DNA of 64,000 bases from positions 59,892,001-59,956,000 of the forward strand of contig OX597832.1 of NCBI GenBank assembly GCA_951406725.2. Direction: 5' to 3'. Source of the stretch: Octopus vulgaris. Taxonomy: Eukaryota. Below the pieces are notes generated by a model. It searched no databases and was not told where the DNA came from. It saw only the letters and a program-made list of their open reading frames with translations. Position numbers and translations under genes: made by a program. Positions 13,570 through 27,162 of this stretch are shown piece by piece (within the stretch, counting starts at the first letter, position 1; every line of letters begins with the position of its first letter).

Positions 13570-14180
13570 ATCAAAGTAGCCGCCCTTGGCTTCCACTGCG
13601 TCTTCAACATGACTCCGGAACCTGGTGCATGCATTCCTTACTGCGTTCCTGGGAAGATCTTCGAAGACGTCAATCTTGTCCACTAAATCGGACTAAGTGT
13701 TGCAAGCAGAGTGGTTGGTGTCTTTCTCAACCGCGCCTCATACATAGTAACCCATGGGATTTAAAATCGGGGTCATTAAGAGGCCAGAAATTGGGGCTGG
13801 TGAAATCATAGAAATTCTCCAACAATCACTTCTCAGTCTTTTCGGAGACCTCGGCGGAATTTGAACTCAGAACGTAGCGTCAGACGAAATATCGCTAAGC
13901 ATTTTACCAGGCGTGCTACCGATTCTGATAGCTCACCGCCCTAATAAAACATGGCAATAAACCGAATCCTTTCACACATATGACCTGTTTGTAGCAAGCC
14001 TCTCTAGCCAGGGTTTGACCATAGTGTCCAGCAACTGAACCGAGCTTAAGTCCCCGTTCAAAAATGCTGGCGTTCGGACGCAGTCGGAACGCCTGCTGTG
14101 TCTCTTTCTGCTGACCACGACTTCGTAGTTTCTGTTGCAGCTGACCATGTGACGTCTTTCAATCTCTGCGGCGTTCACGA
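13570..14180 (-). pseudogene. Decayed, internally deleted Tc1/mariner transposase (DD37D/maT-like), interrupted by a SINE A head at 13846-13941
   Basis: LLDTMVKPWLERLATNRSYV*KDSVYCH | SEKTEK*LLENFYDFTSPNFWPLNDPDF/NPMGYYV*GAVEKDTN...ACTRFRSHVEDAVEAKGGYFD. These correspond to the QDSAPCH and WPPxSPDLNPxDY motifs. Confidence 0.85.
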
Positions 14181-14879
14181 AGCATTGAGATTACCATGTC
14201 GCGCACATATGGTTGTGATGCATGTGCATGGTGTACCCTTATCAGACGGGTAGTCATGATGTGTATACTGGGCTTCGTATATTTTACCCCAGCTGGAAGA
14301 ATCGTTAATGCGCCAGACAGAATGCTTCGTGATATTTCTAGCAGTTCTTTTTGTTCTGAATTCAAATGTCACCGGTGTCGGCATTGCCTTTCAACCTTTT
14401 GGGGCTCGATAAAAGAAAGTATCAGTTGGCTACTAGGATCGATATAGCCAAGCTGTCTCCTGCCTTCAAAATTGTTTGCCTTGTGCCAGAATTTTGAAAG
14501 AATAAAATATATGACCAAACTATATGTATTTTTAGCATTAATCATATATTTTAATGTCTTCAAACTATAGTTCCTGAAAGGAAATAGTTTGCAAAGAATT
14601 CATGAAGACGATGATTCAACGGTATTCCAAAAGTTTGAAAGGACTCAACGATATTCCAAAATTACACTTTTTCTTCAGAAGTTTCAGCTGAAGTATTGTG
14701 TAAAACTAACTTTGGTTTGGTAGATTTAAATTGTGGTCCAGTTTAACTCCACTGTGTTTCCTTAGTATCTTTATCGCTGGCAGGGACCCTTCAAGGCGAT
14801 GCTCCAGCATGACCGTACTCTAAAAACAAAAACTAGTAAAAAGTTTAAAAGATATTTTTCGCTCCTTCTCGGGCTCTCT

Positions 14880-15853
14880 ATCAATCTTGGTGTGTGTGGG
14901 TGCTTTTTGTGTATAGATGCGTGTGTCCCTGTGTGGTTATAGGCGTGTGGGTGTGTTTTTGTCTATAGACGCATGTGTGATTATGTGTATAGATGCGTGT
15001 GGGTGTGTTTGTGTGTTTGTCTGTATATACATGCGTGTGAGTTTTTCTGTGCATGTGTGTTTGTGTGTGTTTGTCTGTATATATAGGGGTGTGTTTCTGT
15101 GTGCTCGTGTGTATATACATGCGTGTGTTTGTGTGTATGTGTTTGTGTACGTGTTTGTGTGTGTGTGTATATATATATATCATTATATGTGTGTGTATGT
15201 GCTTTTAAGTGTATATGCGCATGCGTGTCACTGACTCAGTCACGGTTTTACAATCTCTCTCTCTCTGATTCTTTCTCTCTTTCTCTTCTTTCTATTTCTT
15301 CCCTTTCCTTCTCCGTCTCTCTGTTTCTGTCTTTCTTGTTCCCTTCTTTCTCTCTCCCTCTCTCTCTCTCACCTAATCTCTCTCATTCTCAATGTCTCAG
15401 TCTCTACCTCCCTATCTCCTTCTCTCCCTCTCACTCACTCTCGCTCTCCCTCTGTGTCCCTTCTCTCCCTCTCCACCTTCCTGTCTCTATCTACTTCCCT
15501 CTCTCTCCTCTTTCTATCACTCTCTCTCTCTCTCTCCCATTCAGTAGGATATTATTTCACTCCTTACCTCCCCTCCCACCCCTCTCCCTCTATCCCTACC
15601 CCCTCTCACACCTCCTCTCTCCCACTCACCTCTCCCCCGCTGCTGCCCCGTGCAACCCTATACACATTGAACACCGAACGACGTCAAACACCTCAGCTGC
15701 ATGTGCAGCTGCGCTTTACAATTTGCTGCACCTCTCTCCAATAATCAAATAACTCTACCAAACGCAGCGCGCATTGTGCTCTGCTATGACCGTTTAGATA
15801 CGCTTATACAAACACACACACACACACGCGTGTGTGTGTGTGTGTGTTTATGT

Positions 15854-15888
<35 letters not shown>

Positions 15889-16410
15889 TGTCTGTATGTG
15901 CACATGTAGATAGGAGTGTGTGTTAATATGTGTGCGTGTGCATGTTTCTATGTGCACATGTTCGTAGAAGAGTATATGTGTGCGTTAATATGTGTGTGCG
16001 TGTGTGTGTGTGTGCGTGTGTGTGTGTCTGTATGTACACATGTATATAGAAATGTATATGTCTGCGTTGATATATATATATGTGTGTGTGTATATATGTA
16101 TGCATGCATAAATATGTATGCATATATATGTATGTGTATATACATATATGCTTATATAGATTTATATATGTATATAAACACACAGAGCAAGCGAGAGAGA
16201 GATAGAGAGACAGAGAGATAGAGAGACAGAAAAGGACCGACAGACAGACAAGAAAAAAGATGTGTTCTTTCTTCGCAAGAACGAAAACACATCACCTATA
16301 CAAAGATACACACACACACACACACACACTCACATACACACATATACACACATACACGCGTACACACACACACATACATGCGCGCCCACGCACACACTCA
16401 CACACATACT
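14880..16410. repeat. (TG)n, (CT)n, (CA)n low-complexity domain
   Basis: Directly visible. Contains a unique island at ~15630-15805. Confidence 0.9.
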
Positions 16411-16654
16411 CACAGACAAAGAGACTTGCAAATCAGTTTCTAACCGAGCGATACGGAAAGGTTGACCATCGGCAACAGTAATACAAAAAGTTTTTTCTAT
16501 TTTGCGGGTTGACGAAAAACAAGGCTCAACAAAGGACTAACGAACTCGTGAGATGCAGCGCCCATCGTAATACCTGATATAAAATATACGTGCTCCAGAA
16601 CCTACAAATTCCTGATTTGGTGCTCAGGTGCCCAGGTGGCCTTTCAGGATGGCT

Positions 16655-16779
16655 CAATGCTTCTCAACCTTTTTACACTTGCGTAACCCTTAAAATATAT
16701 TACATTTCTTAAGGAACCCCTGCACAAAAAAAATATGTACCATATCTTTCTCATATCTTTTTCATCGTAGTTCACGTGG

Positions 16780-16844
<65 letters not shown>

Positions 16845-17045
16845 TTGTTATATTTTTTTGATACCATGATGGGTTAGATAGGATGATATCTATATTATAT
16901 CACAATTTTACAATAATATATTGTGCATGTATAGTAATATTACGATCATGAAATTAGCATTAGCTTATTTCACTCTTTCACGCAGAACCCCTAGGAACCT
17001 TTTGCAGAACGCTAGGGTTCCGGGAACCCCGGTTGAGAAACGTTG
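16655..17045. mobile_element. hAT (Charlie-like) MITE with an internal (TA)n
   Basis: Imperfect TIRs CAATGCTTCTCAACC (16655-16669) and GGTTGAGAAACGTTG (17031-17045), with subterminal GGAACCCC/GGGTTCC repeats. No TSD preserved. Confidence 0.65.
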
Positions 17046-17400
17046 GGTTAGACTCTCAGCCGTAGCGAAGGCAACCAACACAGGATATAGCAATCGCTTG
17101 TCCTAAATTTCTGCTATCAGTATTTCAAAACATGTGCCTGATATTAAAGAAGCTGAGACCTCTGAAAACCAATCACTCAAAAAATGTCCGCTGTTAGAGC
17201 CTCATACATCGAAGCGATGGGAGCGCCCTATCACTGTACATGTACTTAGATGAACATTTACTGTAACTATGTTTTCCTTCACAGACAAGAAGAAGGGAAG
17301 TTAAATTGTAAAGTGCATTGGGTACCATATTACTGAGAAGCATTTTGGCGCGAAACAACAAGCCGCAGAATATCTCCTTTAGTATCCCCACCAAATAAGA

Positions 17401-17458
<58 letters not shown>

Positions 17459-17529
17459 TGCATATAAATACATGCATAAATACACACATACATACACACA
17501 TACAGACGGACTCACACACACAGGAAAAT

Positions 17530-17537
17530 AGATAAAC

Positions 17538-17595
<58 letters not shown>

Positions 17596-17693
17596 GAAAT
17601 TAGGTAGGTAGGTAGGTAGGTAGGTAGGTAGATAGGTAGGTAGGTAGGTAGGTAGGTAGGTAGGTAGGTAGGTAGGTAGGTAGGTAGGTAGAT
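17530..17693. repeat. (GATA)n-(GGTA)n tetranucleotide tract
   Basis: Directly visible. Confidence 0.97.
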
Positions 17694-18524
17694 AACTTTC
17701 TTTATTGGCCACATAGGGCTGAACACAGAAGGGACAAATAAAAATGTAGAGCTTTTCTTTTCGAAAATGAAAAAGAAAAGGGGTAGATTGATAGATTCAG
17801 AGACAGACAGACAGACATAGATAGATATATAGATTGACACAGAACACGGTGTGCATTCTTTTTTGTTATTTTACTGCTTTTGTTTGTCATAAATCGTGCC
17901 CTTTTTTACTTTGTTTTCTATGTTATTGTTATGTTAGTCATGGCTGTTATATAAGACGGCCAAAAGCCGGATGTAGTTTTTAACAGCCAAACAAGCCCCT
18001 ACTCCATGGGGGTGACTTTGTATATGTTTATACGAGCCAGCATGTGTACCGTCTTTCTGTTTGTATGTATGCATGCACGTACGTACGTATGCACACGCGC
18101 ACACACTGACATATACATATATGTATGTATGTATATATATCCTTATGTATACATATATACATAGACACACCACCCCACACAGACACAGACACAGAGATAT
18201 GCGTGGGACTGTGTTTGGGTTTCCCTTTGTGTACGTGTAGATTCTGTGTACATCGGGCTTGCTCTTGGTCTGTTCCCATTGGCTCTGTTACTGAATGAGA
18301 CCGCAAACAACTACGACTAAAGGCAGTAGCAGCAGCAGCAGTAGCAACAACAACAAACAGCGGTAGCAGAAGTAATACTAAGAAAATCGACAATGACAAC
18401 AATAGCAACAGCTAGAACAATTCTAACAACAATATATCGACGGCGTTGAAAACATAATTCGAATCCGTAACCCGTGCGAAAACGAAACAAAAAAAATCGT
18501 TTATCAAAACTATCTCCATCGCCA

Positions 18525-18539
18525 CCTCTTCTTCTTCTT

Positions 18540-18621
<82 letters not shown>

Positions 18622-18866
18622 CAACAACAATAATAATGATTAGGGAGGGCAATACAGAGACAAACATAATGTTTGGGGGTTTACATATAATGAAATGATA
18701 ATGATGATGATGATGATGATGATGCTGGTGGTGGTGGTGGTGGTGGTGGTTGTGGTGGCGGCGGCGGCGGTGGTGGTGATGGTGGTGGTGATGAAGATGA
18801 TGATGGTGGTGGTGGTGGTTGTGGTGGTATTGATGACGACGATGATGATGATGATGATGATGATGA
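18525..18866. repeat. Compound trinucleotide tract (CTT, CTA, AAT, GAT, GGT)
   Basis: Directly visible. Confidence 0.95.
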
Positions 18867-19252
18867 TTTCAAATTTGGGCACAAGGCCAGCAATTTTGGG
18901 TGAGGGGGTATGTCGTTTTCATCGACACCCAATACTCAGCGGGTTTCTTATTTTATTGCCGCCGAAAAGATGAAAGGTAAAGTCGACCTAAGTGGAGTTC
19001 GAACTCCGAATGTATTGTTCTTATTGTGGTTGTTGCGGCGGCGAACGGACAGAATTGTTAGCATGCCGCCGGAGTTAATGCTTCTTATAATTTCTTCCGA
19101 CTTTACGTTCCGATTTCAAATTTCGCTGTAGTTGACTTTCCCATTCAACCTTGCGGGGTCGATAAAATAAATACCAATTTAAGCACTGGGGTCGATGCAG
19201 TCGACTTATCCCTCCCGGAAACATGCTGGCCTTGAGCCAAAATTTGAAACCA
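18866..19252. mobile_element. Two divergently oriented old SINE A copies (minus 18866-19010, plus 19036-19252)
   Basis: CCTTGTGCCCAAATTTGAAA-type tails on the outside. The core GGGGTCGATAAAATAAATACCA is retained. Confidence 0.7.
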
Positions 19253-19307
19253 CTATTATAATCATCATTTTCTATGGAGACCAGAATTTTAATATTAACA
19301 ATGAAAA

Positions 19308-19572
19308 TAATAAAATTAAAATAAATGCGCCCTTTTAAACCTAGCCAGGCTCATGGGCCCGGTTTCCCGGTTTTAATGGCGTATGTCTTCCCCTGCTGGA
19401 CGGGACGTCAGTCCATCGCAGTATTACTCATTTTTGCCAGCTGAGTGGACTAGAGCAATGTGAAATGAAGTGTTTTGCTCAAGAACACAACGCGTCGCCC
19501 GGTCTAGGAATCGAAACCACAATCTTACGATCATGATGTTGACACCCTAACTACTAAGCTATGCGCCTCCTC
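19308..19572 (-). mobile_element. SINE family D (tRNA head, V-domain-like GCGATGGACTG..GTCCCGTCCAG core) with 12-bp TSD
   Basis: A-box TAGCTTAGTAG and B-box GGTTTCGATTCC. TSD TAACAATGAAAA at 19296-19307 and 19573-19584. Homologous to 42656-42916. Confidence 0.9.
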
Positions 19573-20049
19573 TAACAATGAAAAGCACAGCTGTTGTTAA
19601 ATAAAGCCCCTATCTGAATTAACAGCACAGTGTTGACTTAGGACGAAAAATAAATAACAGAATATAATGGAAAATGAAAGAAAAGAAAGCAAAACAAACG
19701 TCCAGCATGGTCCTGAATTTTGATTTTGTGCAAATTTGAAAGTTCAGCGTCGCCATTACAAAAGATCTTAAACATTCAATATTAGTCGTTGGTTGGTTTG
19801 TTTTAATGCTGGCAACAACATTGATCCCATGAGCAGTAGCGCGTTACTTCTGTGGCGAAAGACGCTAAATATTTGAAGTCCCTGTCAAACAAACTGCTGA
19901 CAGATAACGTGGCGGATTACTGCTGCGCTAAGCTGTAAAGTGTTGAAGAGTAAAATCTTCGCTAGTCGGCGGCAGAGTTTGTTTGAGAGGCGATTTATTT
20001 GTTTGTTTGTATGTTTCTTTGTTTTACAGTGTGAGCAGCATAAAATCAT

Positions 20050-20600
20050 AGACCATTAAATTAGAATAACTAAACTGAAACAATTAAATTTGGTTCGCTA
20101 AATTTTGATCGCTAAATTTGAACTATTAAAATTCGATCACGCTTTGAACCGTTATCTTTAGATCATTAACAGTGGTCGTATCTGAAGCATTTAATTTGGT
20201 TTATTCAGTTTCTAACAGTTAGTTAAGAATAATAGATTTTTTTTATCGTTAAGTTAAGACCATTAAATTCCTTCATAAAATTTGTGCCACTAAAAGTTTG
20301 CCATCCACCCTGGATGAATAACAAAATGAAAGTAATAACATTATATCGTTCAAGAACGTTTGTATCATTAAATGTTGGTCATTAATTTCTGACCATTAAA
20401 TTCCGCTCATTAAATTTGTACCATTAAAAGTCTATCGTTTACTCTGGATGAATAACTAGGAACCAGTAACTTTGTGTCGATCAAGAACATTGACCCATTA
20501 AATTTTAGTCATCAACTTATGAACATTAAATTCACGTCATTAAATTTGTGCCATTAATACAATGTGCCACCAATACAGTTAAACCATTAAACTTTGACTT
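20050..20600. repeat. Degenerate CCATTAAATT-based array with ~132-bp higher-order repeat
   Basis: GA(C/A)CATTAAATTC at ~20258, ~20391 and ~20522. CTGGATGAATAAC and TCAAGAAC each recur twice at the same spacing. Confidence 0.75.
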
Positions 20601-20879
20601 AAAATTTCATACCGTCAATCTGCAATCGCTATATTTTAATCTTTAGCTTAAAAGTCACAAAACTTGGAACATTCAAGCGTTAAACAAAACGAACAGATTA
20701 ACAGATTGAATCAAAATCCATGCATAGCATGTATGCATATATAAGTGTGCAAGCGCGCATGTGTGTGTGTATGTGCGTGTGTTTTCTTGCCTGTCTTGTC
20801 AGAACACCGAAAACTGTGCTATGAGCCTTGAGAGATCCTCTCGTATAGGCACATAGTGCATAAAAGTACACATAAGTGC

Positions 20880-21178
20880 TTGTAGACGACAATCGTCTGT
20901 CAAGGGCGCCGGCACTCCGATATCATGTGATTTCATTCAACTGGTTCTACTGGAAGTCATCAGTGGGAAGCCTTTGGACATCAGAGCCTGGAAAAATACC
21001 AGTATTATGTACGTTGTAGCTGCGAGATTTGACAGGCATGCGATGATATATATGCATACAAGTATATATATATATATATATATATATATTGTATGCGTAT
21101 ATACAATATATATGAGTGTATATATATATATATAAATAGAGAGAGAGAAGGGGGAGAGAGAGCGAGATTGATAGATAG

Positions 21179-21233
<55 letters not shown>

Positions 21234-21316
21234 CAACAATTGAGGGTAAAATTAATTAATTAATCAATTTCACCAAGTATTCAGTATGCAAAGGGACTTA
21301 TTTTACTAAGCCCTTT

Positions 21317-21361
<45 letters not shown>

Positions 21362-21530
21362 AATACATACATATATACATATATATATATATACATACAT
21401 ACATACATAAATATATATATATATATATATATATAATCCAAATAAGAGTATGTACGAGAAACCACCATGCTTGAAATAACATTCAAGTCCTAACTTTAAA
21501 TCCCCACCCCCATATACACACACACACACA

Positions 21531-21570
<40 letters not shown>

Positions 21571-21702
21571 CGCATGACGTACAGAATACCAGTAATTTTC
21601 CAGGCACTGATGTCCAAACGCTTCCCGCAGATGACTTCCAGTAGAAAGAAATCGCATGATGTAAGAGTTCCGGAGCCCTTGTCAGACAATGCTCGTCTAC
21701 AA
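20880..21702. mobile_element. Pair of ~140-170-bp inverted repeats enclosing (TA)n-rich DNA (MITE-like or two opposed copies)
   Basis: 20880-21050 aligns to the reverse complement of 21563-21702 (TTGTAGACGA...CAAGGGC...TTCTACTGGAAGTCATC...TTTGGACATCAG...CCTGGAAAA). Confidence 0.8.
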
Positions 21703-21930
21703 CAATTTATGTGGTTTTAGAGTTAGCAGTTTTGACTGCTATTTCAAGCATGGTGATATCTCTTAGATACCCTTATTTATGATTTTAATAATTATTACAT
21801 CTTATATGATTTGTTTTTTACTTCCCATGCTGCCTCTTGATTTGTTCGCTATTTAAAATAAAGATCTTATCCTTACTTATATAGAAATTTTATACATATA
21901 TACATATATATATATATGTGTATGTGTATA

Positions 21931-22073
21931 TGCGCTGTGTGGCTGTGTGGTAAGAAGCTTGCTTCCCAACCACTTTGTTCCATGCTAGTTCTATTGTGTG
22001 GCAACTGGGGCAAGTGTCTTCTACTATAGCCTCGTGAGTGGATTTGGTATACGGAAGCTGAAAGAAGCCCGTC

Positions 22074-22140
<67 letters not shown>

Positions 22141-22222
22141 TATGTATATATATTTATATATATATACATATATATACATATATATATATATATATATCTA
22201 TGTATGTATGTATGTATATATG

Positions 22223-22285
<63 letters not shown>

Positions 22286-22525
22286 ATGGTATGTATGTAT
22301 GTATATATTTGTGTGTGTGTGTGTGTGCTTGTCCCCACCACCATTATCGCTTGACAACCGACGTTGGTGTGTTTACATCACGTAACTTAGCGGTCCGGCA
22401 AAAGAGACCGATAGAATAAGTACTAGGCTCATATAGGCCTACAAAGAATAAGTCATGTGGTCGATTTCTTCCACTAAAGGCGGTGCTCCAGCATGGCCGC
22501 AATCAATTGACTGAAACAAGTAAAT
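21931..22525 (+). mobile_element. SINE family B (tRNA head, CORE-like ...GGGCAAGTGTCTT, internal TA/TG microsatellite)
   Basis: GTGGCTGTGTGGTAAGAAGCTTGC head and tail GGTGCTCCAGCATGGCCGCAATCAATTGACTGAAACAAGTAAA. Confidence 0.9.
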
Positions 22526-23068
22526 GACTAAATAACTGAAATGACATATATGTGTGTGTGTATGTGTGTGTGTGTGTGTGCGTATGTGTGTGTGTGTCTG
22601 TCTGTGTGTATGTATATACACACACACCTGCATATGTCTGTGCATGTGTGCCTGTGCGTTGCTTTCATTTGTGAATATAGTTTTATTGTAAAACTTTCCC
22701 ATTATTGCTGTTTTCCTCGATATTCCCGCGCTTTTTCAGTCACGTGTTTTGCCTGCCTCTATATATTAGAGATCTTTTGTTTCTTCCTCACCTCATAAGT
22801 TTACTCGTTTTGTTAATGTGAGTTTTTATGTATGTACGTATGTATTATTAAACAAAAATATACACACAGACACGCGCACACACACACAAACACACATTCA
22901 CACACACGTCTATGTATTTGATTATAAGACGTGTGTATATATATATATGTATGTATATATATATATATGTACCTTCATATATGTGAATGTACATATGATT
23001 ATCTGTTATATATATATGTGTGTGTATGTGTGTGTATAAATATATATATATATATATATGTATGCATG

Positions 23069-23117
<49 letters not shown>

Positions 23118-23534
23118 ATGACAAGAGCGCTGAAAGCGAGTGAGAGAGGGAGAGAGGGGAGAAAGTGAAAGTGACAGAGAGAGGAGGAGAGAAAAAAGAG
23201 AGAGGGGAGAGAGAGAAAGAAGGAGGGTTGTGCACAGCTCTAACAATTTGGTTCTATTCACTTCTCTCGAGATACCTCCGGCACTATTCACAAACAAACA
23301 AAAAAATATGGAATAACTGACTGAATTAATTAAGTGTCAAAAAACTCATTAAAAAACTCTACCGATATATCATTAAAATTTAGAATATTGTTTAATAGCA
23401 ACGTTGTAAGTTTTCTAATTAGTGTGCGTAATTTTCAATTAAAACTTTTGCTGTTTCTGCAGTTATAAAGCTTTTATGGAACCAAATTCTGACCAAAATC
23501 TACATATACACACATACATACATACATACATACA

Positions 23535-23617
<83 letters not shown>

Positions 23618-23789
23618 ATGTGTGTGTATGTACATGTATAGATATATATAACGTATTTATTTACGCATATTTATGTACATATGTGTACATACACACACAT
23701 ATATATGCATGAATGTGTGTGTATATACATACATGCATAGGTACGTACATACGTACATACATGTAAGCATGTACATACAGATATGTATA

Positions 23790-23859
<70 letters not shown>

Positions 23860-24544
23860 CATACATATATGGACATATATGTGTGCATATGTGTATATGC
23901 AAGTGTGTGTGTGTCTAATATCTTACTATCAAATTATTTAGAACTTCCTTGCTTTGATTCTCTCTTATTCCGCTCTAATGTCAGAAGTATACTAGATAGT
24001 CGATGATTAAAGATTATATTTTCTCAGAAAGCACAATATTCTTCGTCAATACAAACCATTCTGTCCAAGAAACCAATGGCTGGACGATGGCCATGTGGAA
24101 AAGTTAGTTATTCTATTGGATAGCCAGGATATCACCACGTTTAGTGTTACCTATTTTATGTACTTTTTCCTTTCGCTTGTCCCAGTCACGGCCACGCTGG
24201 AGCAATTGTGATTTTTTTTGTTTTGTTTTTTACAGTCTAGTACTTATTCCAATGGTCCCTTTCATTCAAATGATAAATATATTGAAACGAAATGCCACCG
24301 TGTTTTGTCCCATACGACTCGACACCGCAGTCAACAAACATTCCTATCAAAACACAAATAACCGGAACAAACACCACAAGGTATATCATTCTAACTTCTA
24401 AACGCCCCATCAGATCATCGCCTTGAATTGCGAGATTTCTATCGGATCCGAAAGACTAAAGGACAATGCTACCCTCGGCAGGGTCTGAACACAAATCACG
24501 GAGTGTTGAGACAAAGCCCCGTCGTTTTCAGCGTGGAAATTACA

Positions 24545-24756
24545 CTCTTTTACTTGTTTTAGTCATTCGACTGTGGCCAAGCTGGATCACCGCCTTTAGT
24601 CGAGCAAATAGACCAGAGGACTTATTCTTTGTAAGCCTAGTACTTATTCTATCGGTCTCTTTTGCCGAACCGCTGAGTTACGGGGGCGTAAACACGCCAG
24701 CAAGTGATGTTGGGGGTGGGGGACAAACAAAGACACACAAACATATACACACAGAT

Positions 24757-24797
<41 letters not shown>

Positions 24798-24946
24798 TAT
24801 GACGGGCTTCTTTCAGTTTCCGTTTACCAAATCCACTCACAAGGCTTTGGTCGGCCCGAGGCTATAATAGAAGACACTTGCCCAAGGTGCCACTGCACCT
24901 GAACCATGTGGTTTGTAAGCAAGCTACTTACCACAGAGCCACTCCT
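24545..24946 (-). mobile_element. SINE B
   Basis: Reverse complement of the 48786-49207 structure. Confidence 0.9.
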
Positions 24947-25202
24947 GGTGAATTTCTTGGCCTTCGTTTGTAACTTCATTCCTTTATAGATTCGACATTT
25001 TGTGTTGTGATTGTGAAAATATTAAATAATTTCACGCGACTGAGTTAATTGCTAAGTGTTGTTTGCTTTACGTTAATTTATTTATTAATCCCTTGAAAAC
25101 TTACTCTAAAATTCATTATAATCTTTAACAATTAACCCCTTATATTTTCTATTATCATTACTGAGGCTTTTCCTCCATTTACACAAGCACACAAACACAC
25201 AG

Positions 25203-25257
<55 letters not shown>

Positions 25258-25578
25258 TATACATGACGTATATACCTATTCATAAATACATATGCACATG
25301 CATATACACGTGTTTAATATATAATATTTAATAAAGACACGCACACGCGAAAACGCCTACACACACCCACACACGCATATATATAGTTACAGATATAAAT
25401 ATGTAGATAGATATATATGTGTGTATATACATACACATATATATGTGTGTATATACATACATATATATATATTTGTGTATGAATGTGTATATTTATATAT
25501 GTGTATGTATGCATGTGTGTGTATCTGTGTGTGTATGTGTGTGTGTATGTATGTATCACCCTATCTATCTATCTATAT

Positions 25579-25640
<62 letters not shown>

Positions 25641-25947
25641 GTGTATGTGTGTGTGTGTGTGTTTATGTATACATATACGAAAGAAAAGAAGCAAGTGAAA
25701 GATTTGATTGTAGAAAATTATGTTCAATTTCTAAAAAAGTTAATATTTTATATCCTCCATTAGCAATATATATACTTATTCTCTTCTTTTCCATCCACTT
25801 CCATCATCTAAAAAGAGTTTTATCCTTAATAATTAAATCATCACAATATTCTACTTTTAAATATTTTCGTTTGTTCTCAAATATACGAACATTAAAACCC
25901 CATAAACCCTATCAAAATCCCCACCACAATTTGTATATATATATGTG

Positions 25948-26039
<92 letters not shown>

Positions 26040-26049
26040 TATATATATA

Positions 26050-26232
26050 TAGGGAGAGTTTTCGAAAAAAACAAAAGACGAAGACAGGTGGTGTACAAAA
26101 CAAACAGATGTATTAATATAACGCTCAGGAATAGAAAAAGTATTTTACGTTTCGAGCCTACGTTCTTCTACAGAAAGGGATACAGAAAAAACAAGGAGAG
26201 AAAAAACTGTGTAGTGGCTAACGATCAATCAT
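26050..26232 (-). mobile_element. (TA)n-embedded hammerhead-motif repeat (same family as 4441-4610)
   Basis: Minus strand TAGAAGA-ACGTAGGCT-CGAAAC-GTA. Shares GAAGACAGGTGGTGTA..AACAAACAGAT with the copy at 4441. Confidence 0.65.
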
Positions 26233-26676
26233 ATATATATATACAAGCGTAGATGAGGTTCTGTGTTCAGAAGTACTGCTTTCCAAACACATGGTTCTGG
26301 GTTCAGTCACCCTGTAAGGGTCACCTTGAGCAAGTGTCGTCTATTTGCTGAACAAAGGGCCTTATATGTGGACGTCACCTGAATAGGTGTACAAGTGTGT
26401 CACACTTCGGATTGTCTTAGGAATCACAGAGAGATGCGAGATTGAGAGATTACCTCAAAGACGCATCACCACCGCCTGGTCGAGGAATTGGAACTAGGAT
26501 CTCGCGATCGAGATTGCAACACCTCTGACTATGTACACGTATGTCTGTGTGTGAGCGTGTGTGAAAAAGCGAAGACAGAGGAAAAACAATAGTCATGTCA
26601 TGAACTCCATTAGTTTACTGGTATTTCTGAATTCTACACCAGATTGTTCGCCTCTCAACGCGTAAGAGAAATAAAC

Positions 26677-26734
<58 letters not shown>

Positions 26735-26849
26735 ATACTTCAAATATAGGATAAAATTTTTCGAAAAGTTTCATCAAGTGGCCAGCATATTAAAATACCT
26801 TTTCAAATGAAAATTATAAAATTATATAATATATATATGTATATATTCT

Positions 26850-27032
26850 TTTTGTCTTTTCTTTGTTTCGGTCATTTGACTGCGGCCACGCTCGAGCACT
26901 GCCTTTTGTAAGACTAGTACTTATTCTGTCGGTCTCTTTTAGCGAACAACTAGGGTTACGGGGACGTAAACACACCAACATCGGTTGTGAAGCGGTCCTG
27001 GGGAAGCAAGTACAGACACACAGACATACACA

Positions 27033-27080
<48 letters not shown>

Positions 27081-27162
27081 CACGATGGGCTTCTTTCAGT
27101 TTCCGTCTATCAAATCGACTCATAAGGCTTTGATCGGGCCGAGACTATCGTAAGGGGACACT
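26850..27162 (-). mobile_element. SINE B, 5'-truncated
   Basis: GACGGAAACTGAAAGAAGCCC..., internal TA/TG tract and GGCCGCAGTCAAATGAC tail. Confidence 0.85.
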
